Of a DNA stretch of 64,000 nucleotides, positions 12,201 through 24,411 are shown piece by piece. The stretch's first letter is position 1. Each line of letters starts with the position of its first letter. The position numbers were made by a program, and so were the translations under genes. Location of the stretch: the NCBI RefSeq assembly GCF_964204645.1, contig NC_134026.1, positions 23,408,150 to 23,472,149 of the forward strand, read 5' to 3'. The stretch is from Tubulanus polymorphus (taxonomy: Eukaryota; Animalia; Nemertea). The notes under the pieces are model-generated. The model was not told the origin of the DNA and did no database searches. It saw nothing but the letters and a program-made list of their open reading frames with translations.

Positions 12201-15200
12201 TCATAAAACAAAGGAATATTTGTCCTGCATAATTCATCAGATTTTTATAAATGCAGATAAAGAGTGGTCTTTTTTCTATTAGATCTTACAGACACTCCGG
12301 TTCGTGCTACTTATACCTTGTAGTTGCGAAATGTTATCAAATTTTTCTACCAGTTGGGTCTAGCAGAAATAGCATTATCTGGTCGATCCCGTGTTGGCTA
12401 CAAAAAAAGAGAATATTCCGTCTCGATGAATAGGATAATCCATGGATGTGCAAACTAATCAGATGCGAGGGCGAAGATCAGATATAGCTTAGGGTCTCGC
12501 GTCGCATTTTGCCTTAACTACCACTCAGCCACTTAACAGGTAATTTATTGCGAAACATTCATCTATTTGGGGGCTCGATAATGTACAACCGCGGACAAGA
12601 CCTCATTGCATGGATCTTGGTTATAGCGTCAGTGCTACTGGTCATAAGTATCTTGTATCGAGCTGATCATTTGCCATCTTTATTTATGAAGGTAAATTGT
12701 AGAAGTTCGAGCACTCCGATAACTATCCTGTAAATGCGGGCTAAAGATTGGCTTGCGACTGCTTGCAATGCGACGTGGCTGGTTGCGAATAGGTGCTTAG
12801 ATTGGGAGCTTAGGTCGATGGGTCTGTGTCAGGATTGCTGGTGCCGTTTTTCTGAGGCTCACCTAAAGCCCGCAACAATTTTCTCTTCTCCAGTTCATGG
12901 GTTATTGGTTATGCATTGACATAATGATATCAAGGAACTGGTTAGGATAGCTTCCTTAGCCAGGATGTTGCAAGTATGAAACCTGATAATTTCCTTGATA
13001 TACAATTAACACGACTTATGTACGTATCAACTGGTGATAACAAATAGAATAGAACGCATAGCATTTCTTAAACTTTGTTGAAGAACTGTTTTGACATTTG
13101 TTATTTCTAATGCCTCTTGACAGCGTTTTACATCAATTTCTCGCTGTCAAATAATTTATGTTTATTACAACTCGAGCAGTAGCTGTCGAAACAACGAGGC
13201 ATCAAAGCACCAGTTAATGTCTGAAAATGCCGGATATTTGCCGATATGCGAAAAGCATTTTTCCCGGGACATCGATCTGGTACGTCTGACCTAGTCCGAA
13301 ATTACATTAAGCGATGTTTGAAAACAAATCATCGAGCGTAGAAAACGTTTACACAACGCCATCATCGGGTGGTGGCGACATTTCGATATATCGCTCGATA
13401 GTCGTCGCGTTCGTGTGAAGTTGAAATCCCGGTGGGAATGAAATATGACATAAACATCGACGATAACTACCAGAAACATGGCGAAATTGGAATTTTCTGA
13501 AAGTCGGCGCTGTAATGAGACGATGTTAGTCTTTGCGTTCTCCCCCGATGATCGTAGGTACCCCGAGGTGTTGAGATATATATCAAATTGAATGCGTATT
13601 TATTGATCGACCACGCTTACAAGTGGCGCCGCCAAATATGGAAGCTTTCCTATAATTTTCATTGTGGTGAAATAGCATTCGCGATCTTCCCATTCAAAGA
13701 TCTGACTCTGGTGAAAAATTTAACATCCATCCATCTATCAACTATTAAAGAAATCAGTATGAATCGTCTTCAGACAACCTATCTCCACATCTAACCCCTC
13801 TATGATAAAACTGTGACAGAAATGATGAATTAAGAATTTTTGAACCAGCAACTCTTCAGTCAGTAGACATTTATCATATCATATCGATCAAACTCGCAGG
13901 GACCTATCTCAAATCGAGAAAAGAATCAATCTGAATTTATTTTTTTCGAGACGCGATCATCAGAGAATGCCCTGCTTAGTTGATTGTCATCACGGATAAA
14001 AACTTAGGGGGCGATATTTCGATGCCTTAACCTGATTCTGAGTAGATGCAATTGAATTTTACTGTTGCGCTTCCTTGTTAATTAGACATTCTTTCCTGTT
14101 CACTAACTAGAAAAATTAAGCTTTAAGGGCTCGTACGTCTGATTGGTATCTGCAACGACTACTTACTTATTACATGGAAATTACTGGGAAAACATTCAGC
14201 AGCTGTACAAATTGAAGTTTGTGCTCTATTTGTTCCAATGATCTCCAGTTGTGGCGTTTGTCCGCTGTCCGAGGTATGCAATATCTTCTATCAGAAAATT
14301 TGATCGTTATCAGACGGGCTATTTTTTCTCTGGATATCAAAGCGAATGTTCGTCACATTGGTGATGATGGGATGATGAAACAACCAAACTAGCGGTCAAT
14401 TCAATAAAAAAAATCGTATGTTGCTGGGTATATTCTTTACGGGTTACGTCTCGGATCAGATGCTTTGATTATCGGAAAATCGGTCAAGCAGAAAAGATCC
14501 AAATGAGTGTCAAGTCTGGTGACATTTCATCGGAGAAAGAATCTTATCCAAGATTGGTCATCTGTGGTGTCTTCAATGTTTTTTCACATGAAGCAAATGA
14601 AGGTTGGACAATTAAATCCTCGATCAAAGACACAGCTTTCATTATGTAAAGAGCACATTGTTCAATCTTTGTAGTTGATTTTTCAATTGATTGGTTAGTG
14701 TCGCCGCGATATCTATTTTCGTTCATCATTACTGTTCAACTGATGGAGTCAAAGTCAGCAAGTTTGGATATGATTTGATCTTCTGAGCTTCGTGAAAATT
14801 GGACATGAAGATGAAGCCAGTAGAAATGTGATTGCGAGTCCCATTACGAGAATGTGTCAGTCACATCAGCAGAACTTAATAAACTAGGCAATGATTGAAT
14901 CATTGTTCATATAGATTTGCACCGGTTATTGAAAAAGTCTCTTAGTATATCCGTCCATCACGCATACTTCCTCGTGGCAACTTCGATGCATTTAGGTATA
15001 GAAAATCTGTCCAGTAGATATAAAAGCAACGCTTCTGATGACAAATTTGCGAGACAATCTTTGGTAGCAATTTCTTTGGAATCTACCCGCTGGCTGTATC
15101 TGATGCATTGTAAATCATAATTGGACGTAGTTGCCAGTCAATTTATACAGTTTCCGTTTATCATTGCCACTGGTATCTGGCGTAGGCTTCCTGTTACATT

Positions 15201-18200
15201 TTGCAGGTACATTTAAAGAGCCAAATTGATGCTTTTGCTGAATCAGATGAACCTCAAATTATATGAATCTAAGGGTAGATGTGATGGGCTCAGTGTAGTT
15301 ACCATAGCTGTTTTATATAAGCATATATATTATTTCATTCTAATTGACCAATCTCTTTATGTATTTTCAGGCTAGTAAAATCGCGACTACAGCAACGCAG
15401 AAAACTAAAGAAATCGGCCTATCAGTAAACAACGCAGTTATTAAGCCAACTAAGGAAAAGGTTTGTATCGGCAAGTTTCATATTTTTTGTAAAAGCATTG
15501 CTATTCTTATCCTTGAAACAATGTTTCTGCAAATGTTCTCTTCATGTTTTAGGCCTTACTCAGCATTTTGTATGTGTGGTTGCTTTAGAATTTTCTCTAA
15601 AGGCAGGGTGTTGGGTCTCTGTAAAATGTTGAAATGAATAGCAATGACTATTTCTGATATTGATATGAAAATCAATGGTCACGAGTCGACGCATTTGATT
15701 TGAATTTCGTTTTCTTGAATTATATCGATGATGACGTGTAAGATTAGATAGCTCGAATGGAATTCATTTTTAATGATATCATTGATAAACCGCTATTAAT
15801 AAATATGGTGCAATAGAATCTATCAAGCCCGTTTTGAAATGAAAAATTATGAATCATCGTATTTACTTTGAAACTGTTGTTACGCATACTTAAAAAGTGT
15901 GAGATGCCATTGTTCTTGTTAATGCTATTGTATGTCGGTATACTGAGAAAAATGATCTTGTTTCTTGTTCTCAAGACGATATCAAATGTCGGATTTCTTG
16001 TCGTGGAAAAAACATAATCAACACACAACGTGTCCTTGAAGCCTCAATTTACAAGGGTGAATTTGCTAACAATGCCCAGTTTCCAACTCCTTTAAGAGGA
16101 AATAAGCAAAACTTATATACGATATTCTTTTGGAAATTCATGCAATTTAAAAGAATTTTTCTAAATGGAATTTTCATCAAAATAGTTAGTTTCGTGTTTC
16201 CAAACTAGAAACTATTATTCAAATGGAAGACTTGGAAATGCAGATGTATTTCTTTTTTTCGTTATAAATTCATGTGACTAGAACTCTTTTTAGATTACGA
16301 CTCTTAAATTTTTGAAAGTTTCAAAAGTTCCATTCACCAATCTCACACTAGATTTGATACTATTTTACCTACGTACCATTCAGAGGTGGATAGCCTACCT
16401 ATTTGCGATGGCTGCGAAAAGTATGCGGCATGTGGTTAGCAAATTTTGCGATGAGCTTTTTTCCCCCAGAGGAGCGACTGAGCCGTGTGCAAATTTACAG
16501 AAAGATGAGAATCGTGCTGTCATCAATAACGCAACGCCATACTTGTACCTTCCCGACAACCGCTGTACTCTCGTTGTGATAACACTTTTTAAAGGTGTTC
16601 CATCGTTGAAGTCCGTGAAGTCCATTGATTTTAGATAAACTATTCGCAGATAGCACATCCCACCTCACTTTCGTAACGTAATTCAATGATTGAGCGCAGC
16701 GAGGTCGATAGAATCCGTGAAATGCAAGTAATCGCAAACTGAAATGAATCATGTTGACATGAGAATTTCGTTTTAAAAATGTGTCCCCTGTGAGCTTTAA
16801 ATCTACTAATCTAAGGATTACATAATGTCTGTGATTTATATATTACTCATAATGGAAAATGTAAGCAAAAGTAATCGAATATATTCTGATGCGATCGATC
16901 AATAGTTTAATTGGATGTCTGTTCAAATCAATAGATCTTTCAGAATGACAGTAATTAATCATTTGGAAATACCTTAGGAACGTCTCGGGCAGTTAGCTTT
17001 ACTTTTCATTGCTATTCATTTCTAAAGCATGTCCCACTGTTTAGTTTTTTCATGCGTGTCTGTCATACATGTTATACTTTCATTTTTTTTCTTTTGGTTT
17101 ATAGACCTATAGTTATGCAATGCAAAGCAGAATAAACTGACATTCAAACCCTTCTGTGTATAATGTCACTGTTCAATTTATATTTATGATAATCGATGAT
17201 ATGTTGAAAGTTATTTCTGCTCTGTAAAAGTTTGCACCTGGCCAGCTGGTTGCTCTCTCTCTCTCTCTCTTAGCCCTTTAGAATGTTACTTTTTAGTTTG
17301 CATGTTTTACCGCTAGGTGGCTGAAGGCAAACTATTCGAAGGTGTAACAAATAATATGTCTGAATTGGCGGTTAAGGTGAGTATATTTGATGCCTTTATG
17401 TTTATTCAGTTTTTATGTATGCACAGCCTTTCAAATATAGGGATTATATTTTACCTAGGCAGCTCAATTATTCGTTCTAATTATCCTAGATTTAAACAGA
17501 AATGTATAATGATGTATTAATATTAATGATCTAAAAAAGATATATCCTATCAAATATCCGCAATATGGAATGCACTAGAGCCAATGTTCGAATGGCAGGT
17601 AGATAGCAAAGTGATAGAACGTCTCGTTTTCACTTTGGAAAATGTCTCTAAATTTCTCCTTTCCACTTTCCAAAAAGGCAGCAGAATGTGTATTGCATAT
17701 TCTTCAGTGGCGATGATCAATCAGCTACAATACAGTGGACCTTATGAACCTTATCTCTGCTGCATATAACGCGTATTTACATATTGAATTCACAATTTCC
17801 TGAGGACATCGGCGAGATACCAATTGCCCACAGATCTACTGATGCGTGCTAAAAATAATCTAGAAAATCCATTGGCCGATGGATGAACTTGTATTATGAA
17901 GGCTCTAGGCTGATAGGATTTTCCATATTAGCATTTGGTTTGGTCACTGATCACTGGTGCTTGATTGATTCTTGCTATCTGTAACTCGCGTTGATATTAC
18001 GCTATGAATGGTCACTGACCGTTTGTATACACCCCTTTCTCCGGCTCTCTAGATCATTATGATTCTTATATCTCACCGCACTAACATTGTTTATTGGCAA
18101 TCGTCACTAGCTGAAATATATAAATTGCTTTTTTATCATCTCACATTGTATAATGGCTCAGTGATTGGCTCATTTGATTCCTGTAATGATGATGGCCCTT

Positions 18201-21200
18201 AGTAAATAATTATTGGTTATTGGAACGATTTGGTGCTTTTACAATGATCTACAATTAAACTTGTACCAATACTTGAACACCAAGTCCTTAATTTGATTTC
18301 TTTCATGAAGTTATTGATTTCTGGTTCTTGGTTTCACAGAAATTTAGCTCGCTATATTCGCATTTTCTTCCAATTAGAATCAGCAGTAGAATCATCTTTT
18401 GTGAAACCGTGCTCATTATTAATGCACAATAAATGTTATTTAGTTTTGTGCATTGTTGTATTAGAGTAGATTTTAGTTCTGAATCTTCATTTTCAGGTTA
18501 AAGATGGCACATTGCTAAATGATGTGTCTTACCAAATGAACAATTTAGCTACAAAGGTATATATTCACTTATATGGTATGCCTAATATATCATATTTCTT
18601 AGTTACTTATTTGCCTTATATTCATGCACTTGACTTCCTGGGAATCGGTTGTGTTAATAAAGATAACGTTTTTACCGAAGCATACATTAAGTCGTCATAA
18701 TATTTTGATCTATAACACTATTTATTATGTGGCAACAACCTATGACAGTTTCTCTGATATATCTAGCCAATACATTAAGCTCCTATGACTTTGCTGATGC
18801 TCCGGTAAAAACCAGTCTCCTGATTGCTGCATCTCTCTAATGCTACCCCAGTCTCCCTGTCTCATTTGATTTTCCTTATCCAAATACGCACAATTTATGT
18901 CCAATAATGATGTTATGTTTATCGATTGATGGCTTGATGAGTTATTATAGAGATTATCTGTTTTCTAGTGTGTGTTTTTTGCCATGTCACATTACTTATT
19001 GATACATACGATAGTCATAGGTTAATATGGTTAAAAAGGGGTTACATTCTCTGGAAATTACAATCTGTTAGTGTACCGTCAATGTGAGTTTGAGCCAATA
19101 AATCGCAATATGATGAGATCATCGTATCAGATATGTTTTTGATCATGAATTCACTCATAGTCATGAAAAGTTAATAATGATAATGGTAACGTTTCACTTG
19201 CTATCCTGTATAGTCATCAGAGAAAATACCTGATTAATGAAGCCTGAAGCAATTGTGGTTTAACACAAGCGGCAAACACTTATTGGTATTTTGTAGCCAT
19301 AAAAATGCTTCGGCATGTTGGAAGCTGGTTGATTAAAAAAGCTGTGTAACCTTTCAATCACACCTGCTTTTTTATTGTGTTCTGTTTTTCGTAATGCAAT
19401 CAACACTCGAAGCTGTGTGTCATAGTTGATCAGGATTTGCCACAATTTGTTTGATTCAATTAATCAAGCATTGATTCTGTCGAAACACTAAAGCATACCT
19501 ACCACACAACCATAATATGGCGAACAGGGCAGTGTGTATTTTTCTCATTCTATTTACATACATTATCTATCGCCAGTTTCGAGTAGTTTCAAGTCATAAA
19601 AGGGTCTAAATTTGATCTAATTTCATAATAAAATCCTCGGACTTCCATGCTGTTTACATGCCTGAAGGAATATCTGCTTTCTTTTTGTGTAGAATGTTCT
19701 AATCATTATTCTGAGTCCAGTTTTCATCGCAGTTTTAAAAGATTTACTTTTAAATTTTTGTATCTATTGAATGTATTTCATATCCATGAATTTCTTGAAT
19801 GTTTTAAACTCTGAATCATTTGAATAAGTTGCCTAGGTGACAAGAGATTAAAGTGTCTCTTATTCTACCACCAATGGATTTCAGCTGTCAAAAGCAATCA
19901 GATACAAAAAACAAGTGACTCCACTTTCTTTTGAATTAAAAGTAACGTAAGGGACTAAGCAAACAAATTGATAGTCAGGCAGTGTAGAGAGCGTAACTGC
20001 TAACAGCTTTTTCAAATCTAAACTGTCACTGAACAAACTTACACTTCGCAGTTGGTTTCCAGTAAGCTTCATGAGAACTTGAAAATGTAATGGGTTTCTC
20101 TCTATTTTGTGATCGATTTTTCAGATGTCGTCGGCGAGTTTGAAAGGCTGGCGTGACATCTCATCTCTATGGAGTGATCCCAAGACAACATTGGCGACCG
20201 CTGACACATCTCCTGGCGAGGGAACATCTCTGCTCGGTGGCTCTGGACGTAGAAACATGTAAGTATGCAAGATCATACAAGCCAATTCCATTTGTACATA
20301 ATAACAGAAGTAGCTAAACATTTCTCACTTAAGTAGAGGTTGCAAATATTCCATTAACGGAATTTATGTTTAAAGCCCTGCTGTGAATGAAATTGGTCAT
20401 TCGATTTCACAGTTCATATCTCCCGCAGCTGCTGCTAACGTGGATTTCTGATGGGGATTTCTCATACCAGTACATACTGATGTTGGGTGCTATTAATTGT
20501 TCATTACAAATGAAATGCTTATAAGAAGGATTATATTTGAATTTTTATTGTTTCATTAAATCTTTTATTGACATTGTTTATCCTTGTTAACTTAAAATCA
20601 GTAAAAGCAGATTGTGACTGATTATTGAAACTGTTTCATATGTCAGTAGTTATATTGCATAGCAGCAGGAAAATCAGAAAAGGGAATATCAGTATTTAAT
20701 TGCAAGTTTAACTGCCCCATGGACTTCCATCAATATGCCTTTCTTGATATACTGCTCAGAAGTTTCGATATATTGTTGGAATTTATATTGCATTTTCTAG
20801 GGGAAGCAATAACCGTGATGAACCATTGCTGAATGAATTCAGCCCAGACCGAGACACGGATGATGCTTGGAATAACTGGACAGATGATTGGAATGACGAC
20901 CATCATAACACCAACAAAACGACATCTACTCTGAAAGACGAAGAAGGATGGGGACAACTTGATTGGTCGGACGTTGATAATTCACCTACTACTGGCTCTT
21001 CCAATAAAGAAAACAAGACAAAAAAGAACTCTCGAGATGACAAAAACTCATTCAAATCTTCACCAAATCGTAATCAGAAAAATCTACGGAACAACTCACC
21101 TAGGAACTCGGAGCCAGAGGTTGGAAATTTGTTGGACTTCAGCGAAGATAAACCGAATATGACAGTTACACAACAAAGCCACAATAATGACGGTTGGGAC

Positions 21201-21308
21201 AATGATAAATGGGCAGATGATTCGGATGATGAATGGGAAGCTTTAGAATTAGAGCGCAGTAGTCTTACTAGTCAACAGCTCAAAGCGGCTAAAGCAACAG
21301 CGAAATAA
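3251..21308 (+). CDS. ARFGAP1: ADP-ribosylation factor GTPase-activating protein 1. Exons 3251-3310, 3802-3911, 4037-4208, 4298-4524, 4775-4843, 5116-5215, 5345-5401, 15371-15460, [17317-17376 and/or 18497-18556], 20125-20258, 20801-21308
   Basis: [75 protein letters not shown] (C4 zinc-finger ArfGAP domain with the catalytic Arg), [19 protein letters not shown]1-like [28 protein letters not shown], and an acidic Trp-rich C-terminus (DGWDNDKW). All junctions are GT-AG and phase-compatible. Confidence 0.96.
4799..5021 (+). repeat. Local tandem duplication (2 x 106 bp, 4799-4904 and 4916-5021) of the 3' half of ARFGAP1 exon 5 plus its 5' splice site
   Basis: Direct alignment: AGATTTC[T/T]..AGCCGTCAGATG[C/G]AAGCTAATGCTGCTCGTTCAGCGTAAGTAGGAAAT...GACTGGAATGT, with 3 substitutions between the copies. 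Confidence 0.95.
7537..7893 (+). mobile_element. Degenerate interspersed repeat (probable non-autonomous DNA transposon); related copy in opposite orientation at ~42050-42302
   Basis: Blocks GGATTTGGCTCAGGTCAAACTGGCCTAGACCAGA..GTCAAATTTG and TGTCAAACAAGCACAGACCCATTT match the reverse complement of 42230-42300 and 42060-42125. Confidence 0.6.
7723..7771. mobile_element. 33-nt palindrome between 8-bp direct repeats (CCCATACT); transposon excision-footprint-like
   Basis: CCCATACT | TATGAGCAATCAT-GTTGAG-ATGATTGCTCATA-G | CCCATACT; perfect 13-bp inverted arms. Confidence 0.55.
7932..8040 (+). mobile_element. hAT-like MITE end remnant with TGTCCCTG subterminal repeats
   Basis: Starts TAGCTGCCAACTGTCCCTG and contains four TGTCCCTG motifs in ~110 bp, resembling hAT-type MITE termini; no matching opposite TIR found. 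Confidence 0.35.
11762..11838 (+). repeat. (GAGAGG)n polypurine microsatellite
   Basis: Direct inspection; it produces the spurious RGRGRG and LPLPLP ORFs at 11668-11853 and 11694-11915. Confidence 0.95.
12581..12691 (+). CDS. Candidate alternative first coding exon of ARFGAP1 encoding a signal-anchor/transmembrane peptide ([37 protein letters not shown])
   Basis: ATG with A at -3; 37 codons including a 19-residue uncharged hydrophobic run; ends at a phase-0 donor AAG|GTAAAT compatible with phase-0 exon 15371. No transcript evidence is available. Confidence 0.35.
17253..17304 (+). promoter_or_regulatory. Candidate splicing-regulatory elements upstream of ARFGAP1 exon 9a: (CT)9 tract and TGCATG
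   Basis: (CT)n at 17253-17270 (PTB-type site) and TGCATG at 17299-17304 (Rbfox-type site) within 65 nt of the 3' splice site at 17316. Confidence 0.4.
17317..17376 (+). CDS. ARFGAP1: ARFGAP1 duplicated exon 9a ([20 protein letters not shown]), ALPS2-like
   Basis: CTAG|GTG...AAG|GTGAGT, 60 nt, phase 0-0; resembles the vertebrate ALPS2 segment VKEGKIFDDVSSGVSQLASK. Confidence 0.85.
18497..18556 (+). CDS. ARFGAP1: ARFGAP1 duplicated exon 9b ([20 protein letters not shown]), ALPS2-like
   Basis: TTTTCAG|GTT...AAG|GTATAT, 60 nt, phase 0-0; 8/20 identities to exon 9a with the same hydrophobic register. Confidence 0.87.
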
Positions 21309-22652
21309 ACTTTCTCATAAAAACTGAACTATTTTTCTTAGAAATATCCCAATAGACAGTGGTCTTCATTTTCAGAGTACCTGATAACTGTATATGTATA
21401 GTAATGCTACCTAGGGACAAGATCATATGGTTTGGAGCTTCAATTCTCAGATTAGAATTATTAATTGCTCAAAAATGAACATATACGTATGTATACGTAT
21501 TGTGAGTAGATTATACACAGTTTTCACTGAAATCGTTTCATTCAAGCCTCAGACCCAGTTATTGCCCGGTTCGGTGGTAGTGATACTCTTGCAAGATATG
21601 CATGATGTTGTGTCCTCTCTTTCTGGATATTCTCTGTAGAGGCATGCCGAAAACATTCCTCTATATCCAAAATACTCAATTTTATTTTTGCTTCTAGTCT
21701 TGAATGGTTGGTATTGACGGATATCATCTGGAGCCCACATTTAGTACAGAGCTATAATATAAAGTGATATATCGAGGACACATTAGAGAACTTATTTCAC
21801 TCTTGGAGAACAACAAAATCCAAATCAGATACATTGCAGCGTTAGTCAACAGACTTCCTAAAAAAGATGACAGTATGAATTTTCAAAAGCATTGAAAAAT
21901 TTTTGTATTTTGCTGTAATGCAACTCATCATTTGTAGTAGTAAAAGGTCATGTGAAAGTGCTGATACAAAATATCCTGTTATAATTAGGAAATAGTAAGT
22001 AATTATATGAATTACACTCTTTATGTCTAGATATTCTTCATAGTAATTTAGAATGTCATTATTTTGTAGTTCGATTGATTTTTTGCTTGAAATTTTATAA
22101 GCAAATTACCTACTTTGAAATAACATTAACCTGGCCTCTCAGAAAAAAGGTTGGTTAACAAAATCAAGCTCTTCCTTTGCGTGTAGATGTAATGTAATAA
22201 TGGAAAAGAAATTTGCATCTTAAATTTTTAAAAGAAATATTACCATATTGTTCTCGTTGTCATATTGACCCCTGTGTAGATATATTGTCCGCATAAAAGG
22301 AAAAAGATATTTTTATGTAACAATGAATGAAAGGTATTTACAACTTTTCAGAATGTGATATATGGAAGCATTGAGTTTTGAACTCCAACTAATACAATTC
22401 ATTCTGGTTACTTTAAGCTCATTTACTATTTGCCAGTAGTTGAAGATGATCGTCAGATATAATTTAAGATTTATCATTGTGTCTTATGGTGTCACTGGTA
22501 GTCTTATTTTGAAAAGAAACGACTTTCAATTTTCAGTTTATCTAATGGTCAGAATTACAAGTGCAATAAACTCATTGTGATCATGGATAAACTAGACTGT
22601 AGTTTACATCCATGCTTCGTAATCCTTATTTACCTTATTACCCGGTAGAGTA

Positions 22653-22819
22653 CAGTAGAATCGGCTTAATTCGGATTGTTTGGGGCCTACGAAATTGATC
22701 CAGTTTACGATTAAAAGCCATTTTCTTGTACATAGATGAAAAATGAGAATACAAATATTGTCAGGATTAGACCGAAATCTGGATTAAGCCAATCCGTATT
22801 AACAAGCCGGGTTTGACTG
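22653..22819. mobile_element. Degenerate Tc1/mariner (pogo/Tigger-like) MITE, ~167 bp
   Basis: TA|CAGTAGAATCGGCTT ... AAGCCGGGTTTGACTG|TA: TA target duplication, CAGT...ACTG termini, imperfect TIR and internal CGGATTAA-like motifs. Confidence 0.55.
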
Positions 22820-24411
22820 TAGATTCTATCTTGCTTTGAATCCACTCTATGCTCATTGATGGTACAGTATTAAGCTTTTGTTACAGGCTGAGTTGTTTAT
22901 CAAGATATTTGATCCTTTAGTTAATTATTTCAGAAACTGTTCCCTGTAATATGAATGAAGTTTATTTAGACACAAAAGACCAGTACAGAGGCCCTGTAAT
23001 AGGTTGAGGAATAAGTAGCTTTTGGTTACTCGTTGTATGTCATATCAAGTTTTTGGTTCCTTGGTAATAACCAGTGCACCATGGTAGTAAAAATGATGTG
23101 TAGAAAAACTTCGAATAGATGAAAAAAATATGTCATCCAGAAATCAGATTATCCCTTTCATGATTACTTGTGAAGTATTTGTTTCTAAGTGTAAGATATA
23201 AAGTAGAAAAAAATCAAATACTTAATCAGTTAGGGTAAAATGACTACATTTTGTGAATGTGTAATTTATTGTGTAAACTATGTGATTGTTTGTGGATTCG
23301 ATACTGTCAAATTTAAAATCAAGATCTTCTGAATGGCTGGTGAAGGCTTGAATGAACTGTTAATGAAATCTGACAAGATGTAGTATATATTGGAATGCGC
23401 AGGATTCAAAGTTCATGATATGTCCAGTTTATAAATTGCTACGGATGTGTTTAGGGCAAATCTGAATATTTCGCCGCATTTATTTTGTCCAAAGTTTTAG
23501 AAGTTGACGATGTGGTGCTGGAGTTATTGTATAGACTGCAGATGATGATGAATAACATGTATTAATGAGCGATACCTGTACACATTGGACTTGTTTTTGA
23601 TGTGACTTTTAAAATGTTTAAAAAAGCCAGCATGTAAAATATATACATAACGATAACGATTAAGTTTATTTCTTTTAATATTTCTGACTGTTTACACTAG
23701 ATGGATCAACATTTCGATTATCCCAGGTTTGAAACCCTGGTCTGCCAGTGTAGATTTGTAATATTGTTCACAGAAATAACACCAGGGGTTCGTTGGCAGC
23801 ACCATTCCCCTGGTGGAATTTATGCGAATTGATGCAATTGTCGGGTAAATCAGTTCACAGAAATTCCGCTAGGGAACCGTATGGTGCTGCCATCTTCCTC
23901 CATATACTACGGGAATGGTTAGAGTGTAATGAATATTCGTATTCGTTGTTCTGAATATACGTATTCGAATAAAATCTCTGCTATCTCAGTATGATCCAGA
24001 TCCTGGAGACATATTGGATGAAGTTCTAAGCTTGCGCCATACATATATTTTACAACCAACAGAATTGAGAGAAACAAAGCTTTCATTTCGTAAAATATTG
24101 ATTTATTCGTATTTACAATGTACATGCATAAAAATCTATACATGTAAAAGCATGAAAAAAAGAAAGCATCATACATCTTGACGGACTAATCAAAAACAAT
24201 TAGACCTTTCACGGCATGATATCTAAAAACAATTATTTACAAAGTTGAGAGTCAAATCGAAGCACAGAAAGAGTTAAAAACATTTGTTGTTAAAAACTAC
24301 AAAACTGAAAGTTACTCCCGCCACATCTGGCAACCATCATAATAATCTTCCTAGTGACAAATGAAATGCAATAATAATAACAGATTCTTTATATTGTACA
24401 ACACCAACCAA

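Noticed and set aside
5402-15370. Nested protein-coding gene or conserved miRNA (e.g. mir-124, suggested by vertebrate synteny)
   Set aside because: No ORF or exon chain with recognisable homology on either strand, and a by-eye scan found no exact match to conserved bilaterian miRNAs I recall; a proper Rfam/miRBase search was not possible.
16312-16752. Overlapping 85-108 aa ORFs in ARFGAP1 intron 8
   Set aside because: No recognisable domain, no ALPS2-like third exon variant and no compatible splice sites; likely chance ORFs in a GC-richer patch.
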